Shown: positions 1 through 11,488 of the stretch, piece after piece
Numbering within the stretch: position 1 is the stretch's first letter
Layout: every line of letters begins with the position of its first letter
NCBI RefSeq assembly: GCF_001194135.2
Contig: NC_069003.1
Span: 28,043,286-28,079,466, forward strand
Reading direction: 5' to 3'
DNA: 36,181 bases
DNA from: Octopus bimaculoides
Lineage: Eukaryota
Notes under the pieces: model-generated
What the model saw: only the letters and a program-made list of their open reading frames with translations
What the model was told of the DNA's origin: nothing
Databases searched by the model: none
Translations under genes and position numbers: made by a program

Positions 1-32
<32 letters not shown>

Positions 33-45
33 CACAAGCACACAA

Positions 46-80
<35 letters not shown>
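1..80. repeat. (TA)n and (GA)n microsatellites
   Basis: Direct dinucleotide runs at 1-29 and about 64-80. Confidence 0.95.
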
Positions 81-173
81 TAGTTTCACACTGAGGCTGC
101 TCTGATTTGATGTAAAACAATTTAGGGGGCCAGCAGATTTCAACGTAGCGGGTTGGAAAGATTTTTCAGATAG

Positions 174-230
174 TTGACATGTGCTGATGAAGGTAAGATT
201 TATGTCAAACCAGGAAGCGGTCCACATGTA
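174..230 (+). ncRNA. Degenerate type I minimal hammerhead ribozyme-like motif, probably from a Penelope-like pLTR remnant
   Basis: Stem I ACATGTG (177-183) pairs with CACATGT (223-229); intact CTGATGA core (184-190); stem II GGT...ACC; GGAAGCGGTC (213-222) is 2 substitutions from the palindromic GAAACCGGTC typical of PLE hammerheads. Confidence 0.55.
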
Positions 231-443
231 TATTAATACCAAGAAATATATAGCATTCTGCTATATAGGTATGTGAAAGATTTTTTTCAATCCATTTGCC
301 TGAATACTGTTGTGTTTGGTTGTTATCTTCAGTGTTATTATTGGTGGTTTAATGAGGGTTTTTGACACCTATGTCTAGCAGGCAGGCAGGCACATTCGTA
401 TGTCCTTACCATAAGAATTATATAAATATATATATATATACAC

Positions 444-604
444 TCTCTGAGTGGTTGGCGTTAGGAAGGGCATCCAGCTGTAGAAACTCTGCCAAATTAG
501 ATTGGAGCCTGGTGTAGCCATCTGGTTTCACCAGTCCTCAGTCAAATCGTCCAACCCATGCTAGCATGGAAAGCGGACGTTAAACGATGATGATGATGAT
601 GATG
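444..604 (+). mobile_element. 5'-truncated young SINE with (GAT)n tail
   Basis: Ends ...CATGCTAGCATGGAAAGCGGACGTTAAACGATGATGAT; the same 3' end occurs inverted at 36123-36181 and diverged at 16320-16522. Confidence 0.85.
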
Positions 605-607
605 ATA

Positions 608-770
608 TATGCAACAGGCTTCTTTCTTTTTTTGCATATCAAATCCACTCACAAGGCTTTGGTCAGCCCGAGGCAATAGTAGAAGACACTTGTCCAAAGT
701 GCCATGCAGTGTGACTGAACCAGGAACCGTTTCATTGGGAAGCAACCTTCTTACCACACATCCATGCACA
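608..770 (-). mobile_element. tRNA-derived SINE, family A, diverged
   Basis: Matches the reverse complement of the young family A copy at 17886-18052 (e.g. CAAATCCACTCACAAGGCTTTGGTC...TAGTAGAAGACACTTG). Confidence 0.85.
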
Positions 771-930
771 ATATTTTGAATTAATCTTGGAACTTCAAGA
801 TTCTGATGATGTGATTGTTTATTTTTAGAAGAACATTGTAGGGTAGGTGTGAGAGGCCATAAATGATCAGTTTGAGCATAAGAGAGATAGAATATTTGGA
901 TCTGATATGACTGGTTTAAATGCTAATAAG
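771..930. mobile_element. Partial TTAA-flanked piggyBac-type MITE
   Basis: Aligns by eye with the copy at 18470-18690; ends TTTAAATGCTAATAAG followed by TTAA. Confidence 0.65.
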
Positions 931-934
931 TTAA

Positions 935-995
935 GGACCATGTAGAGGGTCATTACATGGACCATGTAGAGGGTCATTACATGGACCATGTAGAG
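935..995. repeat. 24-bp tandem repeat, 2.5 copies
   Basis: GGACCATGTAGAGGGTCATTACAT at 935 and 959, partial copy at 983. Confidence 0.95.
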
Positions 996-1552
996 AATGT
1001 ATGTCAAGAATAACATTATTCTGATTGCAAGAAGGCATTTATTATCACTTCATTGTTTTCTTTTCCTTTTGTCTTCAGTATTTCTGAGTGAAAATTGAAT
1101 GATAGGTTGATCTATTGATCAAAATATTTTTGGTTAAAAACTATTTTGCAATTAGGTAAATAGTTAATAGTAAGTTTCACTTATTAACCATTTGTGAGAG
1201 CAAGGTGCATGTTCATGGTCGTTGATATTAAAATATTGCTGCTGTAACAGACCATCACTGATGTAATAGATGGACAAATGCTAATCTTTGATACTATTAT
1301 GCGACAAATTACTTTTGGTTTAATTAGGGCCAACTAATTATGTAGTTGTGCATTTAAATCAGCTACATTAATAGATGACAAAATCCATATCTGAATAGTA
1401 TGGAAAAGTTCTGACTGTAAAACTCTGCTAATTAATAAATGCTAGATATTGATCTCTCCTCTTAACTCAAAGTCACACATTAATTTATAAGCAGTAAGAA
1501 TAGGATTCAATGACCTTCATGCTTCTTTCAGAGACAATATCAACATTAATGG

Positions 1553-2010
1553 ATTGAAGTGACTTCAAGCTTGCTTCCCAACCACATGGTTCTGGGTTCA
1601 GTTCCACTGTGTGGCACCTTGGGCAAGCAGAATTTGAACTCAGAATGTAAAGACAGACAAAATGCCACTGAGTATTTCACCTGATGTGCTAATGATTCTG
1701 CCTGCTCACCACCTTAATAATGATAATAATAATAATAATAACAATCCTGTCTACTACTGGCACAAGGCCTGAAATTTGTGAGAGATGGATAGTCAATTAC
1801 ATCGACTCTAGAGGTTCATTCCCTTAGTTTCGGACCTTGTGCCAATAGTGGAAAGAATTAATATTGTTTTTTTATTTTGAATTCAATTTCTGCCAAGGTC
1901 ATCCTTGCCTTTCAACCCTCTAGAGTGATAAAACAAAAGACTAGTAAAGTACTGGGGTTAATTTAATTGCCTTAACCCCTACCTCTAAATTTCAAAACTT
2001 GTCTCTATGT
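1553..2010. mobile_element. Cluster of SINE fragments (family A head; family B head and tail pieces in both orientations)
   Basis: CCAACCACATGGTTCTGGGTTCAG (family A); GAATTTGAACTCAGAATGTAAAGAC and GGCACAAGGCCTGAAATT / CCTTGTGCC (family B, cf. 12092-12307). Confidence 0.75.
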
Positions 2011-2079
2011 TAGAATCAATTTTTTTTAGATTGAGGCATGGGCACAATCATTAGGGCACTAGAAAAAAATGCCTCACAG

Positions 2080-2260
2080 ATTTGTCAAGCTGAGCCAACC
2101 AGCTAGCAGGAGATGTAGGGGTAGACCAAGAATGAGATGGCCTCAGATGGGGCTGCCTGAAAATTCAGATGTATGACAATTGCTTCTGGTAAGACTCTGT
2201 GGAAGGAGTGTCAGCGGACTCTACCTGTATGGTCCTCCCACAAATAGTGGACATAAATGG
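2080..2260 (+). mobile_element. Possible RTE LINE 3' fragment
   Basis: 2108-2140 translates RRCRGRPRMRW, resembling the RGRPxxRW C-terminal motif of RTE ORF2. Confidence 0.35.
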
Positions 2261-3689
2261 ATAAATATTTGAATTTCTACTAAGACTTGATAGATAGAAT
2301 GAGGGTTATATTACTAGATTATGAAGCATTAAATATTTCCTCGCTGGACTTAATATTTTCCCCTTATTTACTATAAATACTAGATGTTATTTACTGTGAA
2401 CATAAAGAGATTATCAAATTTTCTTCATAGCTTCAATAACCAGAAATTACATCGTATGCCAAAACTATCTGATCATTTTCTAGATAATTCCAATACTTTA
2501 AGAGATGTAAATAATCCTTCACTGGGAATTAGACAAATTGCATGTCCATTCCTTGCCAACTTTCTGGAACTATTCTTAGAGATAATTTCTCCATGAAATT
2601 TCCGACTATTATTTGTCTACAGAATTTCTTAAATGGTCTTTTTTTTTTTTTTTTTTTTTTTGGTGAGGGGGAGCTATTTTCAGCCGTGTCCAGTCTAATA
2701 TAATCTCTAATAGTCTTTTAGGGTTTAGTATTATAACATCATCAATATTTTTTTGCTTCAATTTTCATGTTTCTGCTTTTTGTTTTATTTTCCTTTTTAC
2801 TTCCTTTTTGTTTGCAATTTCATATCTTTTGTTTTCTGGAGAATCAATCAGAAATTGTTTCTAGTTAATTGAGTCTATTTCAAGTGAAGGTCAACTGACT
2901 GACTGAATATAACACCCGTTTGAGACTAGATTCATTATCAAACACACATCACACATGCACACACACATCTATTATCACAATAATATAATTTATTATGTGA
3001 TATTTTAAAATCATTATCCAAGTTTGTTGCTATTACCTTTTATTTAAATGAAATAATTACTTGTGTTTTATCGAGATTAAAACACTAAGATTATTAAGTC
3101 AACTAATTTGATGTTATGGAAAGAAAATAACAGCAACAGTTATTATATAGCATAAATTGAAATTTTTCTGTCCTATTTTCAAAAACAATTTCTGACCTCA
3201 GTGTGCGTTTACATTTGTTTGTTTGTGTATGTGTGTGTCTGCGTGAATTTATTTTTAAAGCTACACCAATACACATTTTGATTATTTCAGTTTGATCACA
3301 TACTTGTGTCTGTGATCAATTATGCATTTTTAAATGTCAGACTTAGTCTACAATGTTTCCTGCTTTATTTGGTATATAATTTACAGAAACATTTTCTTTG
3401 CCATTTGGCTACTTGGTTTTCATCTTTTACCAGCTGCCAACCTATCACATTTACTTCATCTTATAAACAAAGGAAATAGATGTAAATAGATGTTAACAAC
3501 TACCTCTTTTATATCCTTGAGATACTTCACCTTATCTTTAACTAGTTTCCATAGAACCAATTCTATTGAAAATCTGATATTCTGCATTAAACAACCAGGG
3601 TTCTCTTGTTGTAAATAACAGTGTTGCTGTCCTTTATATTATCAAAGCTTCAGTTGTTTCTGACATGTGAACCCCCAGTCTAAGTTATC

Positions 3690-3925
3690 TGCCTATATCT
3701 CTATGACACAACAAGGACGCTTCTACATAGTCATTCAACTTGCTAAAAATAACAACCAGATTTCCCCAAACCATACTGTATAGTACGTTTTTAAAAAAGA
3801 GTTTCATTGAATAACGAAATTCTATATACACTGTGCCTGAATAAAGTACAGGCCGGTTAAACTACAATGCCTTTGACCATAGATCAGAGAGATCAGAGCT
3901 GACCTGAGGCCAAGCTACAGCAATT
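3690..3925 (+). mobile_element. Diverged SINE, (ACA)n-tail family
   Basis: GCCTTTGACCATAG...GATCAGAGCTGACCTGAGGC; homologous to 13430-13611. Confidence 0.6.
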
Positions 3926-4463
3926 TCTGATGGCACCATCTATTTCATAAATTGGAATTTTCCCATCAAACTGTTTTATTACAGTATGTTTCAGTTGATC
4001 CTCCCCCATTGTGCATTCTATTAACTGCTGTGTAAATCCATGTTGTGTTACATCTCTCCCACTCTTCCCTCTGTATCATATTAATGGTTGTCACAGTACC
4101 ACTTATGACAACACACACATACACACACACATCCACATCCATCTTTTTTATTCCGTAACTTCTCACACGTGAGTCATTCTTGTCCCAGGCATGCACCATT
4201 TGTATGAAGGGATTTTGAAATCACCCTTTAACTTAATCTCTTTCACAATCCCTACAACCTTACAAACATTTCTTGTACATGTAGAACATAAAGCTATAAA
4301 CTTACCATCTTCCTAATCTCAGATTTTACTCTCCCACAGTGACAACCAAATCTATATCATTGTTAACTTTTCATATCAAAGGCTCTTTAAGGGCCAGAAG
4401 CTACATCAGTTACATTCTGAACAACTACTTACTTCAAGGTACAATTTATACCCTACTGCTTAC

Positions 4464-4497
4464 ATTTCTTGGATGAATCAGCCAGTACAGAGTACAT
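4464..4497 (-). CDS. Candidate exon 4 of a minus-strand gene (xCTLYWLIHPRN)
   Basis: Acceptor CCTTTGTTTTAG, donor GTAAGC; 34 nt; phase-compatible with candidate exon 5114-5255. Confidence 0.25.
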
Positions 4498-5113
4498 CTA
4501 AAACAAAGGCCTTATATATTAGCAAACCTTCTTTCACTAACACACACTTACCACAAGTATACAGACGGGGTTGGATTAAGACCCATATACGCCTTAAACG
4601 CTTAAGATTTTGGTGAGCTCATATCTATGTAATTCAAAATATAAACAATAAAAATAAACCATAAAATATTTTTTTAATTTTGTATACTTCCACTTTATTT
4701 ATATTTTGAAAGTTTTCTTCTATTCTTTTAATTGCAAAGTCTTTTGATCAGATCCTCACTATGACACCAGGAACACTTTGAAATTATATTTCCAATCATA
4801 TATTTTAGCACTATTTTAGCAAGTTTAAAGAGATTTCTTTTGTGCTGTAAATCATTTATTATTTCCATGCTGCCCACTTCCATTGAAGCCCTAAGCATGT
4901 GCTGATTCTGTTTAAATGGGTAATCCAGCATTACATACAGACATAGGATATCGTCCATCTCTTTCTATCTCTACAATAATTTTTACATTTCCATTAAACA
5001 AGCGTAACGTACCCAATCCTCATCTATCAAACAAAAGTCCTAAAATAATAACATTGTACAACTCTTATGCTCAGAGCTACAATCCCCTGAAGCTTCTTGC
5101 TGTATTTTCATAC

Positions 5114-5255
5114 ATTTGAAAAAAGCAACTGTGACAATCTGTCCTAACTAAAGAGACTTGCAAAAAAATTTTTCGAACAGGCATTGCCCTCTCCTTTGAG
5201 CATATATAATGAAACTGTTCAAAATGTAGCGCAAACTCTGTTTCTCCAAATAATT
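5114..5255 (-). CDS. Candidate exon 3 of a minus-strand gene (ELFGETEFALHFEQFHYICSKERAMPVRKIFLQ...CFFQ)
   Basis: 46 open codons of complex composition with retained CpGs; weak acceptor (TTTCAATGAAAG), donor GTATGA; phases fit the neighbouring candidates. Confidence 0.4.
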
Positions 5256-5302
5256 CTTTCATTGAAATTATGAGAAATAAATTGCCACCACTCATAAATA
5301 CA

Positions 5303-5552
<250 letters not shown>

Positions 5553-6057
5553 ATTAAATTGTAATAGAAATTTTTTTCCCATATTCCCAACTATATCTAA
5601 CTGTATAAATCCAATGCATGAGAATATATTCACTGTGTGTGTGTGTGTGTGTGTGTGTAGTTATTTGGCAACATCTCAACAAAACTATGCCTAAGGGTTA
5701 ATATAACTCTTTGCAGTACTGGGCTTAAAATATTTCTATGAATAAACTTAGAATTGATTTTTGGTAACATGTTATTGGTTTTATGCTCTGATACCAGGAA
5801 TTTAGTTCCACAATGTCACATCACTCTCTACTGAATAGTTGATAAAAAACAGGAAAAACCAAAAGAAATTCCTTTAAGGATAGATTGCTTTGGCTTATGA
5901 ACAATTCTTGAATTTAGAAACTGGTTCTAGAAAAGTATATTAATAAAGGGAATAGTTGTAGTAGTACAATGTTTCAGGTTTGAAATGAAAGTATTCATTT
6001 AGTGCCATAACCATCCCATTTATATTTTTCTCATGGTGCATGGCTCAGTGGTTAGAG

Positions 6058-6535
6058 CAGTGTTTCCCATCCTATTTTCCCTCGGGCCCTACTATAACTT
6101 TCCAGAAAAATGTATGCCCCACCAGTGGTTGGAAAGAAACAACTTTATTTTTGATATTTCATAATTATACAGGGTGTCCACAAAGTCTGGGTCCATGGGG
6201 ATTAACACATACTTTAAGAAATTATTATTTCTTATATTTAATCGTTTATGTTATGATTTTATTTACTCCATGTACTCAGACCTTGTGGACACCCTGTATA
6301 ATTATATGCTTTCCTTAAAGAAATATCCACACTAGGGCATTAAAATAGCACCATACTGTAACAAAAGGTTTTTACACAGTATACTTGGCTGGAGGGGTTC
6401 ATTTGGCTAGGCAGTGCAAAAAAGATTTTCATAATTCCATGTCTCTAAAAAAAAAAAAAAATTTGGATCCCACACCCCACCACAATTTTCCCAAACCCCA
6501 CTAGTGGGAGATATTCTCCACATTGGGAATCACTG
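6058..6535. mobile_element. hAT-type MITE
   Basis: TIRs CAGTGTTTCCCA / TGGGAATCACTG; 8-bp TSD GGTTAGAG / GATTAGAA (6 of 8 match). Confidence 0.8.
6170..6296. mobile_element. Tc1/mariner-type MITE, 127 bp
   Basis: TIRs CAGGGTGTCCACAAAGTCTGGG / CTCAGACCTTGTGGACACCCTG, flanked by TA on both sides. Confidence 0.88.
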
Positions 6536-6839
6536 GATTAGAACATCAGGCTTACAATTGTGAGGTTGTGAGTTTGATTTCTGGATCAGGCTGTATGTTG
6601 TGTTCTTGAGTAAGACGCTTTATGTTACATTGCTCCAGTTCACTCATCTGTAGAAATTAGTTGCAACACCACTGGTGCCAAGCTGTATTGACCTTTGCCT
6701 ATCCCTTGGATAACATTGGTGGCATGTGGGAGATTGGTATGCATGGGCGACTGCTGGTCTTCTACAAACAGCCTTGCTCAGACTTGTACATTGGAAGGGA
6801 ACTTTGTAGATGCAATCCCATGGTCATTCATGTACACAC

Positions 6840-7053
6840 ACACATACTGAGAGTTATTGTTGTTAAAATAGCTGTAGTATATCTAAGAAACAGCTTTCTT
6901 GTGATGAATGGCTGAGGCAAGTCTCTTGATAATAGGCACTGTCTGAATACAATTACAAGCTGAAAGTTTCTTATTAATAGAGTGCAAATTCCTCTCTAGC
7001 TGTATTTTCATACATTTGAAAAAGCAACTGTGAAAATCTATCCTAGCTAAAGA
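6840..7053 (+). repeat. Permuted copy (B' then A') of 5410-5552 and 5098-5155
   Basis: B' at 6840-6982 is followed after ~16 nt by GCTGTATTTTCATACATTTGAAAAAGCAACTGTG (A'). Confidence 0.9.
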
Positions 7054-7504
7054 TGATGTATCTAGAAGAAACATTACCAATAAATCCTTCCTTTTCTTTT
7101 TAGATGGTAGTGATTTGAGGGAGATTTTGACTGCTATTTCTACTTGTTTAATGATCTAAATAGAGGCATCGTTGTTGATTTGAAACGAACCTAATTTTTT
7201 AATTTATTAGATAAACAATGAAAGATACAGTTAGGAATATAGTTTTTTTTTAGATTCACAGCACAGTTTTCATCTAATTGCTTGTGTATGAATATTGTAG
7301 AAGAATGCAGACAAATTATGGAAAATCCTTGAATGTGAAGATTGTTTCTTAAATCTGTGACTTAGAATTGTAGTTGTTGCTTAGCTCCAAATCCATATTA
7401 TATATAACAGATGATATACAAATATACAGTAAAATTAGATATAAACTCAATAAATACTGTATACTTTATATTATATACTTTATGCTGGTATATATTTTTT
7501 ATTT

Positions 7505-7981
7505 CTTTTTTTTCTTCATGTTTTTACTTGTTTCAATCATTTGGACTGCAGCCATGCTGGAGCAATGCTTTGAAGGGTGAGGTGTTTTTTGTATTTTTTT
7601 GTTGAATGAATCAACCCCCAGTACTTATTTTTTAAGCCTGTTCTTATTCTAGCTGTTCTGCTAAGTTAGGGGGCATAAATAAACCAATATCAGTTTCCAA
7701 GCAGTGGTTAGGGCCAAACATAAAGACACACAGATATAGATACACATACACGCGCACACATACACATGCACACATACACACACACACATACACATGTACA
7801 CATACACATAATGGGCTTCTGTCAGTTTCTGTCTACCAAATTCATTCACAAATCTTTGGTCTACCCAAGATTATAGTAGAAGACACTACCAAACATTATA
7901 GTAGAAGTCACTTGCTGTGGGACTGAACCTGGAACCATTTGGTTTCAAAGCAAAATTCTTAGCATACAGCTCTGTCTGCAC
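7505..7981 (-). mobile_element. Old near-full-length family A SINE
   Basis: Head, (TG)n core and 3' ...CAGCATGGC..CAGTC..ATGA.TGAAACAAGTAAA modules are all present in reverse. Confidence 0.8.
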
Positions 7982-7984
7982 ATT

Positions 7985-8379
7985 TAATCTTTTACTCTTT
8001 AACTTGTTTCAGTCATTTGACTGCGGCCATGCTGGAGCACCGCCTTTAGTCGAGAAAATCGACCCCAGGACTTATTCTTTGGAAGCCTAGTACTTATTCT
8101 ATCGGTCTCTTTTTGCTGAACTGCTAAGTTACGGGAATGTAAACACACCAGCATCGGTTGTCAAGTGATGGTGGGGGGACAAACACAGACACACAAACAC
8201 ACACACATATATATACATATACATATATACGACTGGCTTCTTTCAGTTTCCGCCTACCAAATCTACTCACAAGGCATTGGTCGGCCCAAGGCTATAGTAG
8301 AAGACACTTGCCCAAGGTGCCACGCAGTGGGAATGAACCTGGAACCATGTGGTTCGTAAGCATGCTACTTACCACACAG
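7985..8379 (-). mobile_element. Younger family A SINE, slightly 5'-truncated
   Basis: CpG-retaining copy; begins at CTGTGTGGTAAGTAG and ends in a GAGTAAAAGA-type tail. Confidence 0.92.
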
Positions 8380-8431
8380 AAAAAAATCTAAAAATGTTGT
8401 TAATTCTTCCTTAAGACTTCTTGAATTATCC
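8373..8431 (-). CDS. Candidate exon 2 of a minus-strand gene (RDNSRSLKEELTTFLDFFLC); donor site supplied by the SINE
   Basis: Strong acceptor ATTTATTTTCTTTTTAG; 19 open codons; donor GTAAGT lies in the SINE head; phases fit 11407-11488 and 5114-5255. Confidence 0.3.
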
Positions 8432-8808
8432 CTAAAAAGAAAATAAATGGTACCTTGTTGCTATACACTAAAATATCTGTTATGGTATAATTTTATTATG
8501 CTCTCAAGATCTGTTTAAGGAATCAAGAATTAAATAACAAGTAAACAAAACTTGTCCTAATTGCAAGATCAATAAGTGATCAGTTTTAAAAATAGCTAAA
8601 TGAAAAGAAGGCTAAGAGGATTATGTTATTAAAATGTTAAAACAATAGAAGTCTTACACCAAAATTTGTTATGTTCTAATGCTATGAATCTGGCTTAATC
8701 TCCATGCCATTTTCTTGGAACGTTATTTCATGCCTTTGATTTATTTTACCTTTTCTATATTTTTTTGGAAACATTTAATAAAATAGAATAACACATAAAC
8801 ACGCACAA

Positions 8809-8914
<106 letters not shown>

Positions 8915-8937
8915 GTTTTGTTTTTCAAAAAATAATT

Positions 8938-9347
8938 TTAGGCATGGCTGTACGGTAAAAAGCTTGTTTCCCAAACACATAGTTCTGAGTTCAATCACAC
9001 TGTGTGGCACCTTGGACAAGTGTCTTTTACTATAGCCTCAGGCTGACCAAAGCCTTGTGAGTGGATTTGGTAGACAGAAATTCAAAAGAAGCTCGTTGTG
9101 TGTGTGTGTGTGTGTGTGTGTACCTTTGTCTCTGTGTATGTTCCCTAGTGTTGCTTGACAATCATCACTGGTGTGTTTACATCCTTGTAACTTAATGGTT
9201 CAGCAAAACATACCGATAGAATAAATACCAAGTTTTAAAAAATAAATACTGGGGTTGATTTGTTCAACTAAAAACTCTTTAAGGTAGTGCTCTAGCATGG
9301 CCACAGTCTAATGTCTGAAACAAGTGAAAGATAAAAGATAAAAGACA
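8938..9347 (+). mobile_element. Near-full-length family A SINE
   Basis: GGCATGGCTGTACGGTAAAAAGC...GAAACAAGTGAAAGATAAAAGATAAAAGA. Confidence 0.88.
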
Positions 9348-10327
9348 AATTGTTATAAACTTCAGATCTTATTGGTAAACATGTTGATTAGCTTTAACCT
9401 TTTGGACAATGGTTATTGTTAGTTGCTTCTGGTTCCATTCTTTTGTCTTTTTACAAGTTACTATGGATGAACATATCATTGTCACCATCCCATTTTGGGG
9501 TTTGTCTCATTCAGTTTCTTTCTTCCTCATTTTTCTTCTGTTTTTTTATTCACATACTGTGATGGTTAACTTTGAATTTATAAATCAATATTCTATACCA
9601 GCATCTTCCTCCACTTTATAGTTTTTTTTATTAAATCACATAGTTAATATATATATATATATAATATGGTCATATTTATATTAATATTTAGCAGAAGCAA
9701 CAGAGTAACTCAAAAGCTGAGAGTTTCATGCATTGACACTTATCACCAAACCTCTACATGACATGGCTCTAATTTCTATCGATTTATGCCACAAAATTAT
9801 ATACCTACATACTTTGTATTTATTTATTCATGTCTTTTTATTGTTTATCTTATACTTGCTTTGGTCATTGGACTACAGCAATGCTGGAACATTGCTTTGA
9901 AGGGTTTAGTCATACAAATTAACCCCAGTACTTAGTTTTAATTTGTGTGTGTGTATATGTGAGGATGTGATCAAAACACTTTGCAATTAAAAAAAAATAG
10001 GAGAAAATTTTTCAAATATAAATTAAATGTAAGTATACAAAAATAAACATTATTTTCCATTTTACTGTTAATTTTGTTTCATTATTTTATGGTTTATTAT
10101 TGCTTATGTTTTGCTTTTACATATGTATGGGGGTGCCACAAATGGTTGTTAATATGGCCCTTTCATGATCTAATTATTTCAGTTTCACCATGTAGTCTCA
10201 AATCAAATTACTTGGCTAGACAAACACAACTTCAAAATATTTATCTACATCTGGAAATGATCTAAATTAATAATGTGATGCTGTTTAGCACTCATGACTT
10301 CTTACTCAGTGTGTTCTTTTTTAATAG

Positions 10328-10448
10328 ATGGTAGGGCACGATCTTTAGCAACTCAAATGAGCATGCAGAGGTTCCCCTCATTGACTCAATTAGTGATTGG
10401 ATTAAGTCTCTTAGTGTCTTACTATAATCGTCTATTCCTCAACATTAG
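10328..10448 (+). CDS. Candidate internal exon (xGRARSLATQMSMQRFPSLTQLVIGLSLLVSYYNRLFLNIR)
   Basis: Acceptor GTTCTTTTTTAATAG, donor AG|GTAATG, one open frame; no recognised homology. Confidence 0.25.
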
Positions 10449-10499
10449 GTAATGATACTTAGTTCAGTCATGTTGTTTTATGTCATTAACAAATAGACA

Positions 10500-10760
10500 T
10501 AAAATAAATTGATGTACAGTACTAATTTGGACACTAGTCTGATTTCAGACTGATTAATCTGAACTTCTTATTTTCATTCCTTGTGAGAAAATTAGAAATT
10601 TTTGGCTCAAGACCAGTAATTTTAGGGTAAGAGTGAATCGATTATATTGATCTCCATGTTTAACTGGTACTTAATTTATTGACCATGAAAGGATGAAAGG
10701 CAGAGTCAACCTCAGCAGAGTTTGAACTCAGAATGTAGCAAAATGCTGCTAGGCAATATG
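10500..10760. repeat. Left arm of an inverted duplication (unique flank plus family B SINE)
   Basis: Reverse complement of 12395-12668, including the non-SINE 100 bp and a shared SINE-internal deletion. Confidence 0.9.
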
Positions 10761-11010
10761 TCCACTGTGCTAATGATTCTACCAGCTTGCCACCTTCTCA
10801 GAAAATTCAAAAAATTAATATGATCAAAGGCTGAAAAGACAGTGGGATTCCATAGAGATGGTAGAAGATCAGAGTAGATAGTAAAGTAACAGGAATGAAA
10901 CTGTTGAGGTTCATCAAAAACTAATAAAATAATCAAGAATAGTGAAACCTAAATAGTGCCATTTAACCAATTATCTTGTATGAGAATGGGTATGAAAATT
11001 TATAAGCTAA

Positions 11011-11095
11011 TTTCAACAGGGTTCCCTGCTCTATTTGGTGGTCTCTAAGGAAGCTAGGAATAGAGAAGTGGCTTGTTAAAGTGGTTCAAGTCATG
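11011..11095 (+). mobile_element. RTE LINE reverse transcriptase fragment
   Basis: Translates FNRVPCSIWWSLRKLGIEKWLVKVVQVM, matching the RTE consensus FDRVPR..IWWALRKLG..EWLV..VQ.MY. Confidence 0.75.
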
Positions 11096-11406
11096 GTCTA
11101 TGTTTGCGGAGGTGATGAGTGGGGTTGGGGATGCTAAGAATGGGGTCTGAGTGTCAAACAGGTGGCAGCTCAAAGAAGTTTGGGAATCACTGATGTATAG
11201 GAACCATGAAAATTTAGACTGACACCCCTTGGTAAGCTATTATGGTAGGCTAAGTTACTATACTTACCTTAACATTACCAAATATCACCACTGACCTTGA
11301 CCATCACCAGTATTGTCTATCGTTCATAACCCTAACAAAGTCTACCCTAGGCATATAAGGAACAGGGTGACTTTGGGGGGGAATTTTTTGGTAAAAAAAA
11401 GTGCAC

Positions 11407-11488
11407 CTTTTATGCCAGAAAATATGTTTTAGTTCTCCCTTGTAAAATGTAAATATATTAGCTCCAGTGTTTTCTGGATCTATAACAG
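11407..11488 (-). CDS. Candidate exon 1 of a minus-strand gene (AVIDPENTGANIFTFYKGELKHIFWHK)
   Basis: Acceptor TTGCTTTGGTTACTATAG, weak donor AAG|GTGCAC; 26 open codons; phase 2 end fits 8373-8431. Confidence 0.3.

Larger units (their letters stand above)
6036..6830 (+). mobile_element. tRNA-derived SINE split by a nested MITE
   Basis: A-box-like TGGCTCAGTGGTTAGAG at 6041-6057; the body resumes after 6536 (GTGAGGTTGTGAGTTTGATT...GTTCTTGAGTAAGAC). Confidence 0.7.

Noticed and set aside
121-130. TTTAGGGGG as a telomeric seed
   Set aside because: Single occurrence; no TTAGGG array.
542-769. ORF with a poly-His run
   Set aside because: Antisense reading of a SINE (GAT)n tail joined to another SINE.
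1079-1155. Plus-strand exon after a strong polypyrimidine acceptor at 1078
   Set aside because: Stops occur in all three frames within 25 nt.
11268-11350. Strong minus-strand donor AAG|GTAAGT near 11268 as a coding exon end
   Set aside because: All three frames from the nearby acceptors contain stops; at most a non-coding exon.
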